This document shows, in pieces, positions 27,421 through 40,289 of a DNA stretch of 64,000 nucleotides. The translations under genes were made by a program, and so were the position numbers. A model generated the notes under the pieces. That model saw nothing but the letters and a program-made list of their open reading frames with translations. It had not been told where the DNA came from and ran no database searches. Source of the DNA: Podarcis gaigeae (Eukaryota); the NCBI GenBank assembly GCA_964106915.2, contig OZ066922.1, one strand, 5' to 3'. Within the stretch, counting starts at the first letter, position 1. Each line of letters starts with the position of its first letter.

Positions 27421-28549
27421 TTGGATCCCTTGTGGCCAGGAGGGTTTTCAAAAATGATGATGATCACAGAATCACAGAACTGCAGATTCTATGGAAGGGG
27501 CCCCATGAGTCATCTAGTCCAACCCCCTGCAATGCATGAATGATGATGATGATGATTCAAGGAAGCCTCTACTTCAGTGCTTTAATAAAATCGAAACCCT
27601 GTATTAGGGCAACGACTGGCTCCAAGCGAGATGCTCCTTGCCTCGCAGCCCAGTCATAGTAGACACGTTTACTCGGGAGTAAGTCCTCCGGTTTTGCTTG
27701 ATAATTGCTGTTAATTATCATGTTTATCTAATTATTAATTAGCGATCTCCTTTCTGGGGCTTCTGTCTCCAGGGGTGGGTGGGGAATCTAATAATCTCCC
27801 TTTTCCTCATTTTTTTGGGTGCTTTGAATCCACCCTCCTGGCATGGTTCATCTGATTTCATTTCGATACAGCCTGGATGTAACTCCACTAAGAATATGAG
27901 TATTTGGTGTGTTTGGGTGGGGGGTGGAGAAAGAGAGAGATTCAAACCAACATATTCATGGCCTGCCTTTCCCCCCCCGGTGACATATTGTGTGAGTGGA
28001 CGTGGGAGTTGAAAAAAGAGCCATTCATTCCTGGCCGTGAATGAGCCCGCATGAGGGCTCCGCTTTCACCTGCCTCGGAAGGTGGCGAAAATGCGAGCAG
28101 AAGAAAAACAACAACAACCACCCCGCGTTAAATTAAGCGAGGGTTAATCTCCTCGCCGGCCCCCCTCGGCCGCCATGCCAAACCCTCCCTCTCGTCCCTC
28201 GGGTTCGTTTGGCCCTCTGGACTGACCACGCGTCGGTGGCGAGGTGGCCAGGAAAAGGGCGGGAAAAGAGCTTGGGCAGAAAACTCCAAAAGGCTGCGCC
28301 TGCCTAGCACCTCATTTACTTGAGCAACCCCGTCCCTCTCGCCCCAGTGCTTTCTTGTTGGCTCCCCTTTTTCCTCACACACCCTAATGCAGATTTTCTG
28401 TCACACAACTCTCTCGCGCGCGCGCAGAGGACCATTCATTTCCACGCGCATTCCCCCCCCCCCCTGTTTTCCTCTGCCACAGATACCTATTTACTCGCAC
28501 CATTCTGACTGACTCTCGCCTACGTCCCCTTGCCCCATTCTCACATTAA

Positions 28550-28876
28550 CCTTCCTTCCTTCCTTCCTTCCTTCCTTCCTTCCTTCCTTCCTTCCTTCCT
28601 TCCTTCCTTCTTTCTTTCTTTCTTTCTTCACAAGCGTCTCCCCCACACTCCCAAGCACAGGCTTCCTGTCACACAGCTGTCCCTCACTCTCCCACTTCCC
28701 ACGCATCCATTCACACGGGTTCGAAGGCACGACTGTGCTTCCCTCACATTCACACGTGCTCTCTCAGCTACACTCAGCCTGGCATCCGTCCATTCGTCCC
28801 TAAGCCCATTCTTCTTCTTCTTCTTCTTCTTCTTCTTCTTCTTCTTCTTCTTCTTCTTCTTCTTCTTCTTCTTCTT
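28550..28876. repeat. (CCTT)n/(TTTC)n and (TTC)n microsatellites
   Basis: (CCTT)n at about 28550-28610 and (TTC)n at about 28809-28876. Confidence 0.95.
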
Positions 28877-31282
28877 CTCTCGCACGCAGTCATTTCTGAC
28901 GCACATTCTCTTTCTTTTTCCTTGAAAGCCCACCTTCTTCCACTTCTTTTGCCCTCCCTCAAGCACTCGAGAAAACCTTCCTTTTCCTCAGCAGCCTCCT
29001 CGCCTCACCTAAGCAGCCCCCTGGATTTGGACTCCGCTTTTCTCTCATGGAAAAAGGGTCTCCATTCGGGGCTCATGAGGTGGTTAATGTAGCTTTTCCA
29101 CACACACACCAACACAACCCTCCCAAAGGCCACTTCGCTTCACATGGTGGGAATCCAAATTCGGCCCAGGCATGTGGGAATGGGGAAAGCCGTGTACAGA
29201 AGTGGGTCCAAAGTAGTCGTGTACAGAGTGGAATGTGGTTTGGGAACATGGCCTCGTGTAGAAAGGAAAGACAACAGGGCTTTTGTGTGTGGGAATACCC
29301 CCACCAGTTTAGCTTTGTCAAGATTTTTCAAGTGTTTTGACTTAAAACGCAACACCCTGACCCATATATGCATATGGGGTTATTTATAATGCTGCCAATG
29401 TTTCTGAGGGGTTGGGTCTAGTTTGGTCTATATCTAAGAGGTACGAAGAGTGAGAAACCAAAGAGAATTTGGGGGAATCCAAGCACCAACAGTAGCCCCA
29501 AACCTTCATTAAGACCCCTTTAAAACATATCCTCCACTCAGCCAAATGATTCTCCTCAAATGAGGAATTAAGGATTCCTTCCTAACTGATCCCAGACAGC
29601 TTTGCTCCCTTTTCTCCAGAGCAGTCCCTACAGTTATTTGCGGCTTAAGAGTCTGCACCCCACTTTTCTGCAACTCTGAATCCCTACATTTTGTTTGACT
29701 TTGGCAAGCAAAACAAAACAGCACACGCACACCCCAGGCCAAGTTGTCCATGCAGTATCTTTCTTTTCCCTTAAGCGGATTTTCGCCCTGGAGTGCCCTG
29801 GCTAAAGTAGCTTCACTTGAAGTGTCATCCCCTTAAATTTCCTTTCAGCCTCCAGTCTCAAGGGAGTCGGGAGTCACTTATTGGAAACGGTGATGCTCAA
29901 TACAAAGTCATCAAAGCCCTCTGGTTCTTGTCTTGAAGTGACAGGCCTCCTTTATTGGGCTGCTTGAAATACGCCTCCTGTTTTTCAGGGTCCCTCTATC
30001 CATCTTTGTCTGTTCTTCAGAGAAGAAGGCGGACAATAAAAAGCAAAGCCTGGCAAACTCCCCACTCTCAGCCTTGGGCAGTGCCAACTGTGGCCTCACA
30101 GCAGATTGAAATTGTCACTCCTTAATTAATCTGGAACTAGTTATGTTCCACATGGGGAAGTGTGTGGTGGGGGATGGGGTGCCTGTTTAGATATTTATTT
30201 GCTGCTCCTCTTTGGATATATTCTTGCAGTCAGGTTAAGTAACACAGAGATAACCTTAAGGGATGCCTTAATGCATCCTCGAACCTCTTTCATATTATGT
30301 ATATCCAATCTTTTGGCAGCTGGATGCCCAAGGAGCTTGTTTTTAGTATGAGGACAAACTCATAAAATCGCCATGGCAAATGGTTAAGCACTTTTTATTG
30401 CTGCATTCCTAAACACATGGCTTAGGGAGTCATTTCCAAGTAACTGTGCTTAGGACATCCCTGCACCCTCAGTTATTTCAGTGGTGATTGTAGGATTTAA
30501 GGATGCGATCCTGTGTGTATCTTTACTTCAAGGTAACACAACTTTAACTCAAAGAGGCTTGTTTCTGAGAAATGTACATAAAACCCTGGCAGTAAATATT
30601 ACCCATTGAAATCATGTTTGGCTCTGTCCTGGCAATTTTTGAAGATCTACAAATAAAATAGCCTATATTTGTTTAGTCGAGCAAGCTCCTCTTTAAAACA
30701 ACAATAATAATCCAAAATCTATGGACAAACTCTAGCCAATGTAAAAATGTTTCATTTCAGGTCGATCCCAAACCAGTTAACATACTTGGATTTAAACCCA
30801 TTTATTCCCAGTGAAGTCAGAAAATTGCTAGAATCTGTGGAATGAAGGTATTGAGGCACCATCTTTGGAGTTTTAGTGGATTGGGCTTTTCCAGCCCTGT
30901 CTTCCTAACCATATTTACTCTGGAGTCAAGCCCACTGAGTTGAATGAGACCTACTTCCTCCTCAGCCTGCTTAGAAATGCTCGCAGCAAAGTTTACCATT
31001 TGCGGATCTTCATTCCTATCTTTTGACCAGGCATTTTGCAACTCGTAATTACATTCAGCTTCAACTTCAAAACTGTCTTCTATTACCGGCTTGTTTTCAT
31101 GTGCAGTTCATAATATAAACTGCCTGTGGAAAACCTATGAGCAAGATGCTCATGAGCAAGCCAAAGGGATACTTCCAAGTCCTACTGATGCCAAAGTGGG
31201 AGTTAATTACCGGTAAGTTCTTAAATGGCTTCCATTAAAACAATGTGGGGGCAGAAAAGTGTTTGGTTGTGTTTACATTTAA

Positions 31283-31633
31283 AAAGGTAAAGGGACCCCT
31301 GACCATTAAGTCCAGTCGCGGACGACTCTGAGATTGCGGCGCTCATCTCGCTTTACTGGCCGAGGGAGCCAGCGTACAGCTTCCTGGTCATGAGGCCAGC
31401 ATGACTAAGCCGCTTCTGGCAAACCAGAGCAGAGCACGGAAACACCATTTACCTTCCCGCTGGAGCGGTACCTATTTATCTACTTGTACTTTGACGTGCT
31501 TTTGAATTGCTAGGTTGGCAGGAGCAGGGACCAAGCAATGGGAGCTCACCCCGTCGCGGGGATTCGAACTGCTGATCTTCCGATCTGCAAGCCCTAAGCT
31601 CTGTGGTTTAGACCACAGCGCCACCCACATCCC
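31283..31633 (-). mobile_element. Sauria SINE
   Basis: Full-length reverse copy highly similar to 16337-16697. Confidence 0.92.
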
Positions 31634-31844
31634 TTAATCTCATTTACTTCCAAGCAAATTCTATTGTCTTTAAACTTGAGAGTATTCAAGTGCAGAAGGG
31701 GTGAGGTACAAAGATTTTGTACCAGAATAAATCACAAGAGAGGTGTTTGCATCAAAGTTAGCCTCAAAGAACGAGCTCTTTAGTTGTATTTTTGTTTCCA
31801 GGAGAAAACTTCATAAAGTTTGTCCTTATACATGATAGTCTTTG

Positions 31845-32770
31845 GTGTCAACACACACACACAAGTTGAACTGAATACTGCTGGAGGAGCACACTTTACC
31901 CTGGGTATAATCACACCAAGACTCTGAGAATGGAAAATAAGAAAGCTAAGTTTATTTAAGGGTATGCATACTTGCTAGGAAAGACCTATCTACCTAAGGT
32001 GGAGATACAAAGAGCCATGCTTGCTCTTTGTTCTCAGCAGGAGAAGCACACAAATATGTGTTTTCTCCCATGGTACAGATGAAAGAAGAAGGAACAACTC
32101 AAAGAGTATCAGTCTAACACTTGAGGGAAGGTCACAAAATTAAATCAGTGTTTTCCAACCTTTTGTGGGGTGTAAAACACAGAGCAATCAAATACAACAT
32201 TCCTAGAGTGGACATTAAAAGGGGATGTCTGGACCAGCCAGTCGGAACTTCCTGTTTCCTCCTGGGCTGGGAGAAACATCCTCTACATGTGACCAGAGGT
32301 GAGTGTGCCCTCACCTGCGCAGGTAACAAAACAGCACAGGGGAGGCTGCCATATCTCTGTCTGACTCCATTCCTCGAAGAAGCAACATCTGCTTAGCCTG
32401 AGATGCTCTCTTGGCTTCCAAGAGAGGACTAAGGAACTATCTCCTTATGGGATAGATTCCAAGTGTATATATTTTGTAATTCAAGTCTGCCTTCTGGGAT
32501 CCATCTGTGAACAGAATGTGTGTGAGTAAACTATTTTATACTTTTATATAAGACTGTGTGGTGTCTATTCTTTTTAAGAGGGAATAAAGGAGATTTATGA
32601 GGAAATTTATTTTAGAGGCTTATGCAAGCCTAGCAAAGACATTATCCTCTGTGAAAGTTTAAAAAGGGGGGATGTTACTCTGCTAAATTTTAGAACTTGT
32701 TAACACAAGTTGGGAAGGATATAACTAAACAATATACCATCTCCTGCCTCCCTGAACATTCCCACACCTT
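31845..32770. mobile_element. Probable LTR remnants, possibly one nested in another
   Basis: TG...CA-bounded segments with U3/R-like composition in both orientations; TSDs not clean. Confidence 0.4.
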
Positions 32771-35284
32771 TTTCTGACCATAGCCCTCTTTCAACCATGT
32801 TCCCTTCCTGTGGCCCCACCATGGATGTAGCTGGGGGGCAGGGGGACAGTTCCCCCATAAGTAAAAATGAATAAAAATCAATACAAATCTGAGGTTCTGA
32901 CCCCCTAACAAAAGCCTGGCTTTCTGTGGAATTCCAAGTGGCTTTTGGATTGGCAGCCCAAAGGCAAAATATAGGCAGAGCTGGGAGAAGAATGATGTCT
33001 GTGCTACTCAAACTGGCAATTTACAAAAACTAGTTGGCTAGTATCCTATCCCAATCTTTGACTAAAGCTCCAGAAGCAGGTCTGGTGAGACACTGAGGAC
33101 TTCTCAATTAGTGTCCCTGGTGATAGATATAATGTAGGGAATGAGATGTTGGGAGAAGGTGAGGCCTATTTCCTTGACTTGGGCCAGCTGTGAGCCTGGT
33201 TGGAAGCAAATGTGTGGCAATCACATGCAATATAAAGGCTAAAAGCAAGGAACCTAATGTCTCAGCAGTGCGAGCCAGTACAGTTTCGGGCAGAAACAGT
33301 TTTCAACCCAAACCCATGGGCATTGATGAAACCCTGTAGCGTCATTGTGCATGAAGCACTTTAGTTCTCCTTCTTCTCAACCCATTCCATTTGGTCAGAA
33401 TTTGTAAAAGAGTACAAAAGAAAAAGAAAATTAGATAGATTGTATAGCTTTAATAATGCAACATGACCTCATGCTATTCACAAAGTATGTTCTACTGGAA
33501 CCAAGCAATTGATTTTGATTGGGGGTTGGGTTGTCAACCTGAGGAGGAATTTAAGCAACTTGATTTTTGTGGAAACCCCAGGAGCACCTTGCACAGGTGA
33601 TTTCCAGATGGAAACCCAAACCAGCCTTAGGCCACAATACGCAATATACACACTGGGCACTGCAGAGCTACCATGACACCTCTCATTTACAACGCATTTG
33701 AAAATGCTTATAATTCTACACAATGCTTAGAGAGTCAGCTGGAAAGGTGGTGGGGTGAGGCAGAATTGGTCTACTTAAGCTCCCAACAGCCTAGAATGAA
33801 GGTGGAGATTAGGGTTGGGGCAGGGAATGCAACCTGTGTCCTGTATTGCTATATGACAAAGTCTCACAAGGGTGGTGGAAAGGAAATGAATGACCTTTCT
33901 TCTCTCCCTTACATATGAGGCTTTCCTTCTTCTCCGTGAGTTCCAAACACCATTGGCTTCAAAGCTTATGTTCCAGGCTGGTTGGAGTCCTGAACAGGAA
34001 CATTATTGTTAAGGACAGGGGATCTGCTGCAATGTATTGTTGCAGGTCCCCACCCCAATACCAAACCTGAGTGGTTCCATCCCTATCAATCTGGGAGCAA
34101 AACCCTAAATAAAGCCATGGTTTTCTCTATAGCTGGTGGATTCTGTAAGTGGCCAGAAGATGTTAGATAGTATTCAGTGCTAGTCCCTACTCGGAGTAAA
34201 CCCAGATGACTAACGTACAGTTGTTAATTTCAATGAGTCTACTCTGAGTAACACTTGGTTGAATACCACCCAGTAGTTTGTAATTCGAAAAGGAAAGGAA
34301 ATTGAAACAAACGTACACAATGTTCTAGCCAGGAACTGTGAGCTTCCAGGACCTTCAAAATGCGGAAGAGCAAGTGAGCAATGCAATGATGAGAAAAGGG
34401 AAACAGAGTTCAGGAGAGGGAATTGACCTGCTTATCCTGGAAGTAGGAGTGAAGGTGGGGGAAGTAGAAAAGGGATGAAGTTCAACTCTCTTCAAATACC
34501 AAGATAACTTGGATGAGTAGAAAGCTTGACTTCTAAGTAGAATACTGCAAAATGTATAATGGGGGCAATAATAGTTTCCCTAGATGGTACTGCCTGTGTC
34601 TGCTGCACAACTATAGACTTCAAGTACAGAGAAATAGGGAAATTCTTATGTAGGTTGTCTCTTTCCGATGCATCCCTTAGCCATGTGTGATCAGGCTATA
34701 GAAAAGCAGCTCCCATATGGCTCTGACTGCTCACCTTAATGGACACAGGGAGAAAGGCAAGAGGAGACAGCTTGTTTGGTTGGCTGTCATTCCTCAAGCT
34801 GCTTCATGCAAACTGAAGAAAAACTTTGGTGAGGCTACTTGCTTCATTCTCCATCAAGAGCAAAGGGAAACAGCAGTTCTTTAAAGCAACAACACAACCC
34901 TGCAGTGGTAATTGGTACCCCAACCTCCCACAGATCTGTGTATTCTGAGCTTCCACACAGCACATAAAATCAAGTGTGTGAGAATGTAGTAATCATCTCA
35001 GAACTAAAGGAGTAAAATTGCACTTTTTTGAATTTTTTTAAAATAAAAAAATCCTTCCCACATTATACAGAAAGGAATTGAGTGAGAGGAAAGTGAAAAG
35101 GATACATTTTCCTCTTCAGAAACACATACACTGTCCACCCCCAATCCTGGATAGGGACTCTGATTAGAAAGGCATGTACCATGAGTTTAGAAATACTATA
35201 TGGCATTTTCCTGGCATTTTGCACAACCCTCACAAACATACACAACATTTTGCATGTAGTTTCCTCACTTGGGCCAAAGCTTTG

Positions 35285-35512
35285 CACATCTGATGAAGTA
35301 ACCCACAGGAGCTTATGCCATTATGCAATGGATACTCTTTAAGGTGGCACAAGACTCTTCCTTGCTTTTGCTGCGACAGACTAAGGTGGCTTGAATGGTC
35401 CCTTTCTCACTCTCCAGAAACAATTCCCCCTCGGCCTGTAGAGCGAGATGAGCGCTGCAACCCCAGAGTCGTCCGTGACTGGACCTAACAGTCAGGGGTC
35501 CCTTTACCTTTC
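35285..35512 (+). mobile_element. Degenerate Penelope-like fragment plus the 3' end of a Sauria SINE
   Basis: catctgatgaag...gcttatgcc...taaggtggcacaagactc (decayed hammerhead-bearing terminus); SINE tail ggggtccctttaccttt at about 35495-35511. Confidence 0.55.
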
Positions 35513-35616
35513 TATAGAAACAAAGAGCTTCAGGTTCAATGCTGGCAAGAGAGAGGGTGGGGAGGGGAATAAATCCTTTAAAAAGTGAAAGCCACCACAC
35601 TTCTTGTCTGAACTCC

Positions 35617-35622
35617 TTTATT
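35617..35622 (-). terminator. GSX2: GSX2 polyadenylation signal
   Basis: AATAAA on the minus strand about 510 nt after the stop codon, at the end of an AU-rich 3'UTR and followed by GT-rich sequence. Confidence 0.6.
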
Positions 35623-36132
35623 TAAATAAATATAAATATAAATTTAATATAAAACTATTCACATACAAAGGAGAGCACCGAACAACTCTAATTCGGATTA
35701 TTATTATTATTATTATTATTATTATTTTCCATTTCATATAAAGATCTGTACCAAAAAAAGAGAGTCTCAGACAGTATTTTTTCCCCAATTCCAGTTTCTA
35801 AACTTTTCCCCACAAACCCTGGAAGGAAGAAGGAACTGATATTTTTGGGGAGGAAGAAAGAGAAAAGGAGTTTCTCCTCTCCCACCCCCTTCAGAGGGGA
35901 AGGCAGAACTGTGTGTTAACTGGGAGTGGAGGGCGGGGAACAGCCTTGCAGCTGTTTGTGTTACATTATAAATACCGTTTCAACTGAACGTTCATTTACA
36001 TTCAACAAAATCTAGCACTAGGCCCGTGGACAGAGCCCTTAGGAGTCTGTTCTTCTTTGCAGAAGGCCCCGCCGGCTCAACTTGGCTGCCTCTGCCTGCG
36101 ATCGCCCGTCAAGAAGTCCAAGGGGAGCCTTT

Positions 36133-36470
36133 TCATAAAGGGGAGACCTTGTCTTCGCTAGCCGAGGCCGGCGAGAGCGACTCTTCGTCCTCGGACCTGG
36201 AGTAACGTCCCGGGTTGCCGGTGCAGCTGCAGCCGCCGTGCGGATTCCTCTGGGTGCCTTTGCCTTCCTTCTTGTGCTTCACCCTCCGGTTCTGGAACCA
36301 GATCTTCACCTGCTTCTCGGACAGGTTGAGGTACGTGGCGATCTCGATCCTACGCAGCCGGGACAAGTACATGTTGGACGAGAACTCCCTCTCCAGCTCC
36401 AACAGCTGCGTGCTGGTGAAGGCCGTGCGCATCCGCTTGCCGTTTTGCAACTGGCTGGCATCCGAGCCTC
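36133..36470 (-). CDS. GSX2: GSX2 coding exon 2 (homeodomain)
   Basis: Acceptor (C)nGCAG|GA. Encodes [72 protein letters not shown]...[11 protein letters not shown]...SPL*. 535+338=873 nt, i.e. 290 aa plus stop, in frame. The C-terminus matches GSX2 rather than GSX1. Confidence 0.98.
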
Positions 36471-39064
36471 CTGCGGGGGGGGGGGGGGGGAGGTGGAGAA
36501 CACACACACACACAAAAAGACCCAGTTAGCAACCGACAGAAAGGAAATGCTAAAATGCTGGGCCTGAGCCCTGGAATATGTTTCCAAAACCCGGGCTGAG
36601 TCCTGGAATAAAGAACCAAGTGCCACACAGAGGGAGCCTTTCGCTTGGCCTGGAATAGCTACAAGTAGGGTGGCTCCCCCAGCAATCCGCTGAGAATTTG
36701 GAGTCACTTGTTTTAGGAAAATGAAACACGAGGTCTTTAACTAGAAGCGCTGGAGCACCGAACAGTGACTAGTTTGATCCCAAAAAAACAGGAGACATCA
36801 GAACATAATACTGTAAGAGCCCCTCTGGATCATACCAAAAGACCATCAAGACCAGCACAGTTGACTATGGGAAGCCTGCAAACTGCGGCAGTGCATGAGG
36901 AAAATACCCCCACCCCCTTTTTTGTTCCATAGAGACTGCTGTTCACAGACATGGAGCCTCTGTTCCTTGAAGTGGCATTGGCAGCCATGATGTCCAGTAG
37001 CCACCGACAGAGCTGTCTTCCGTGACTCAGTCTCATCCCCCTTTTCAAGCCATCTTCACCAAAGGTCATCACCACGTGGCAGCAAATTCCACAAATTTAT
37101 CAGGCACCTGTGCAGAATGACCCTGTGATGGAACGACAGTCCATCCACTCTGCTGGAAGGCTCAGAATTCTAGCACTGTGTGTGGCAATTTATTTCTGCC
37201 CAAGCAGCTAAACCAGGTGGAAGCCAATGTAGCCTTTCCTCTTCACCTTTGCCAGGTGAAACTGAAACTCTAGAAGCTTGCACACTCCGCGGTTGACTGA
37301 TATCACGTTATTATTTTACTCTAAGGAGGTGTCAGGAAGGCTGCCTGCAAGCCACGCCTCTGGACTGGAAATCCTCTTATCCTAATTTCTTCTTCTGAAA
37401 GTAGTAATTACTCAATGGTAAGTAGTAACTATCTGCTCCAACTGTTCTTAAATGAAAATCAAATTGCTGCATTGCCCATAGCTGAGCCCTGCTTTCAACT
37501 GTTAGACTTCCTCAGGCTCGCTCGAAGCTTTCAGAGAGAACAGCCTACTTCTTTTCAAGTCCCGCTAGTTGGAAATGAGAGGTTACAGTTCTACACCTCG
37601 TCAATCCTTATCCGAGAGGGAAGAACTTTTTTATGCCCTTCTTGGCAGCAGACCTTTACAGTATTATTTTTTTTACACCTTTGACAAGCACACGAGAAGC
37701 AAAGTCAAAGTGTCTGCTCGAAGGAAAGGCGCGCGCAGAAGGATACCTTTCAAACTCTTTATTCTAACTTCGGTATTATTAACTCCAGTTAGAAAGAACC
37801 GTTCAGAGGTTCCAGTTTATGCCTGCATTGATCCGGATCATCTATGCGGATTGCAGAAGCCAGTCCCAATGAGCTGCATGCACCTAAAATCTACTCAAAG
37901 TAACCCTGTGTCCTGATCCTGGATTGCAAGTGTAGACTGAGAATCTCAGAGCAGTCTTGTTGGACTCTGGTGCGCAGCTAAGATCAGAATAGGATCTTCC
38001 TCGAGCTATTGCCTCTTTTCATTGACTGGATGCAAGCCTTGATTGGCTGAGGTTGCTAAGGATCGCAACGTGGGTCAGATCCATCCTTCACATCCGTGTC
38101 TCTGAGAAAACGGTCCATTCTAAGACTGAATGTGCAACTCGTATCCGTCAAGCCTATTGCTCCGAAAAAAGCACATTTCACAGAACTTATCGTTGATCCG
38201 GTCTGAAGGTGTAGGCTCAGACTGGGATTCTCAAGCCAATGGGACTACTCGCGAGAGAATGGCTTGGGGTTTGCCGCTATTCTCATAAGAAGAGGCGCAC
38301 CCCGTAGCTTGATTCTGGTTCAGCCTGTGACATACACGCGCTCTGCTCCATTCAGAATCAAAGACACGCATCTGGCTCTCTTCGGGTTGCTCTGAGCCGG
38401 AGCCAGCCCGGCCTCTGCACCTGTTCTCTGGGAGCCATGCAGCTCCATCCTCGCATCTTTCTGACCACTTATCCTCAGTTAAGTGGGATACCAATCCCCA
38501 AATTGCTTTCTGCGAGATAATCACACTCACGTCAAATCTAGCCAGGAGGAAACGGAGGACTGCAGTCTATAGGGTGCGGAAATACTTTAGTGCCCACCCG
38601 CACCGCCGCCTCACAACATTACCTACAGTATCCAGATCTCACTTTAACAACTTCTCACCTTCGTGTCTAGGGAAGATGAAAAAAGAAGCCCGCTAAACTA
38701 ACGCGCCAGTCCTCGCACTTCTTAGCTTCTGAATTTCCCCACTGAAGGCCCCCCGGAGGAGAAGAGGTTGAGTGAGTTTAAGAGCCTTGGGCTCTTGATG
38801 ATGGGCTGATCCTCACGAAGTCAGAGGGGCGTTTAAGGAGGTCCTTGGTCTCCTTGGGAGTCGGAGGGGGCGAGGGTTGCCGTGGAAGGATTTGAGGATG
38901 CTTTGGGAAGTCAGTGGGGCTCACTCTTGGAAACGCGTGAGCTGCCAACACCGGCGGGGAGCGGAATCAAATGTCCCTTGTCGGAGTAGGCAAGTGACAG
39001 GACGACGGACGGTGGTGGAGCTGGCTTATGGCACAACCCCGTCGGAGCAAACGGAAAGACTCCA

Positions 39065-39210
39065 GAGGATCATAGAATTGTAGAGTTGGAAGAGACCCCG
39101 AGGGTCATCTAGCCGAACCCCCTGCAATGCAGAAATCTTTTGCCCAACGTGGGGCTGGAACCTACGACCTTGAGAGCAAAGATCTCATGCTATGCAGGCT
39201 GAACTGATTA
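39065..39210 (-). mobile_element. tRNA-Lys-derived SINE in the GSX2 intron
   Basis: Reverse copy of the 27290-27420 family (catagaattgtagagttggaag...gcccaacgtggggct...ctcatgct). Confidence 0.7.
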
Positions 39211-39487
39211 CAGCTCCTTCAGGTTGGGGGCTCACACAGGTGCAACCCACAGAGGGGTCTCCTCTCCCCGCTTAACTCTTTCGGCACCAACCGGTGCGAA
39301 CACGATCCGGAGCCACTCCGGAAACGAAGGGCTGCAGAAGGATCGCCTTTGGACTCCGCCTTACCTGGAGAGCCGACCTCTTAGTGGACCTGTCCCAGCT
39401 TTCCTTTCAACCACCCCGCTGCCCCCTGGACCCCCAACCCCACCTCCCTGTCCCCCAAAGGCGGGGCGAGGCGGAGGAAGCTCCTAC

Positions 39488-40022
39488 CCATGCCGAGGCA
39501 GTGGAATCGCCGGGGGTCGCTCATGCTGTAGGCGGCCGCTGCGCAGACAGGTGGGTGGCCCAGGGCGTGCGCTGCCGCCACTGCCGCCGCCGCCGCGGAG
39601 GCCACCGAGCCGGCTTGCTGCTGCTGCTGCTGCTGCGGGGCTGGCTGCTGCTGGGCATGGCTCAGGCGGGGGCAATACTGGCCCTCGCCGGCCGCAGCGG
39701 GAGGGAAGTGGCCCTTGAGGAGCGGGATGGCGGCAGCGGCGCCCGCTCCTCCTCCTCCTCCTCCTCCGGCTCCTCCTGCCGCGCCCGCCCGGGAAGAGGC
39801 GTGCAGGTGCGAGCTGACACACAGTGGGCACACGCAGAAAGCGCCGCTCTTGCGCGACGGGCACGCCGGCCCGCCCGCCACCGACATGACCAGCGGCGAC
39901 GGCACGCCCAGCGGGATGAGGAAGTCCTGCCCGGGGGGCGGGTGGTGGTGATCCGGCAACGAGGGAGCCGGCCGAGCCGGGTCCTTGATGATGAGCGAAT
40001 CCACATAGAACGAGCGAGACAT
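39488..40022 (-). CDS. GSX2: GSX2 (GS homeobox 2) coding exon 1
   Basis: ATG at 40022 gives MSRSFYVDSLIIKD (Gsx N-terminal repressor motif), then SRKSGAFCVCPLCV and DPRRFHCLGM. The exon ends at a phase-1 donor ATG G|GTAGGA (intron starts 39487); 535 nt. Confidence 0.97.
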
Positions 40023-40289
40023 GGTTGAGGATCGGAGGCGCGCAGGCTGGCTGGCTGGCAGTGCCTCCCGGTGGCGCTCTCTGGCTCTGTGCGCTCTCAC
40101 CGTGCGCTCTGCGGAGCCGGTCCTCCTGGGGCCGAGTCGCCTCTGCAAAAGCCCCTGGGCGAGCCCGGAAGGTGCTTAAGTCTGAGAGCTGAACAAAGGG
40201 GGGCTCTGGAGAGGGCTGGTCTTATAAAAAAAAAACCACACCATCAACCAACCCCCCTTTCCTTCTCTCTAGACCTCCCCTGGATCTCT

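Noticed and set aside
28491-28966. Poly-Phe, poly-Lys and poly-Arg ORFs
   Set aside because: Translations of (TTC)n and (CCTT)n microsatellites.
1-35500. Pdx2 or Cdx homeobox remnant in the ParaHox position downstream of GSX2
   Set aside because: No FPWMK hexapeptide or WFQNRR-like segment found by eye. Near hits (KWMK at about 5200, MWFRSW at about 22640) lack supporting context. A sensitive tBLASTn is still needed to exclude a highly decayed relic.
39224-40028. Long plus-strand ORFs (164 and 244 aa) antisense to GSX2 exon 1
   Set aside because: Stop-codon depletion in very GC-rich coding DNA; low-complexity products with no recognisable domain.
40023-40148. 42-codon N-terminal extension of GSX2 in the ORF track
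   Set aside because: Non-ATG start in a GC-rich 5'UTR; the conserved Gsx N-terminus begins at ATG 40022.
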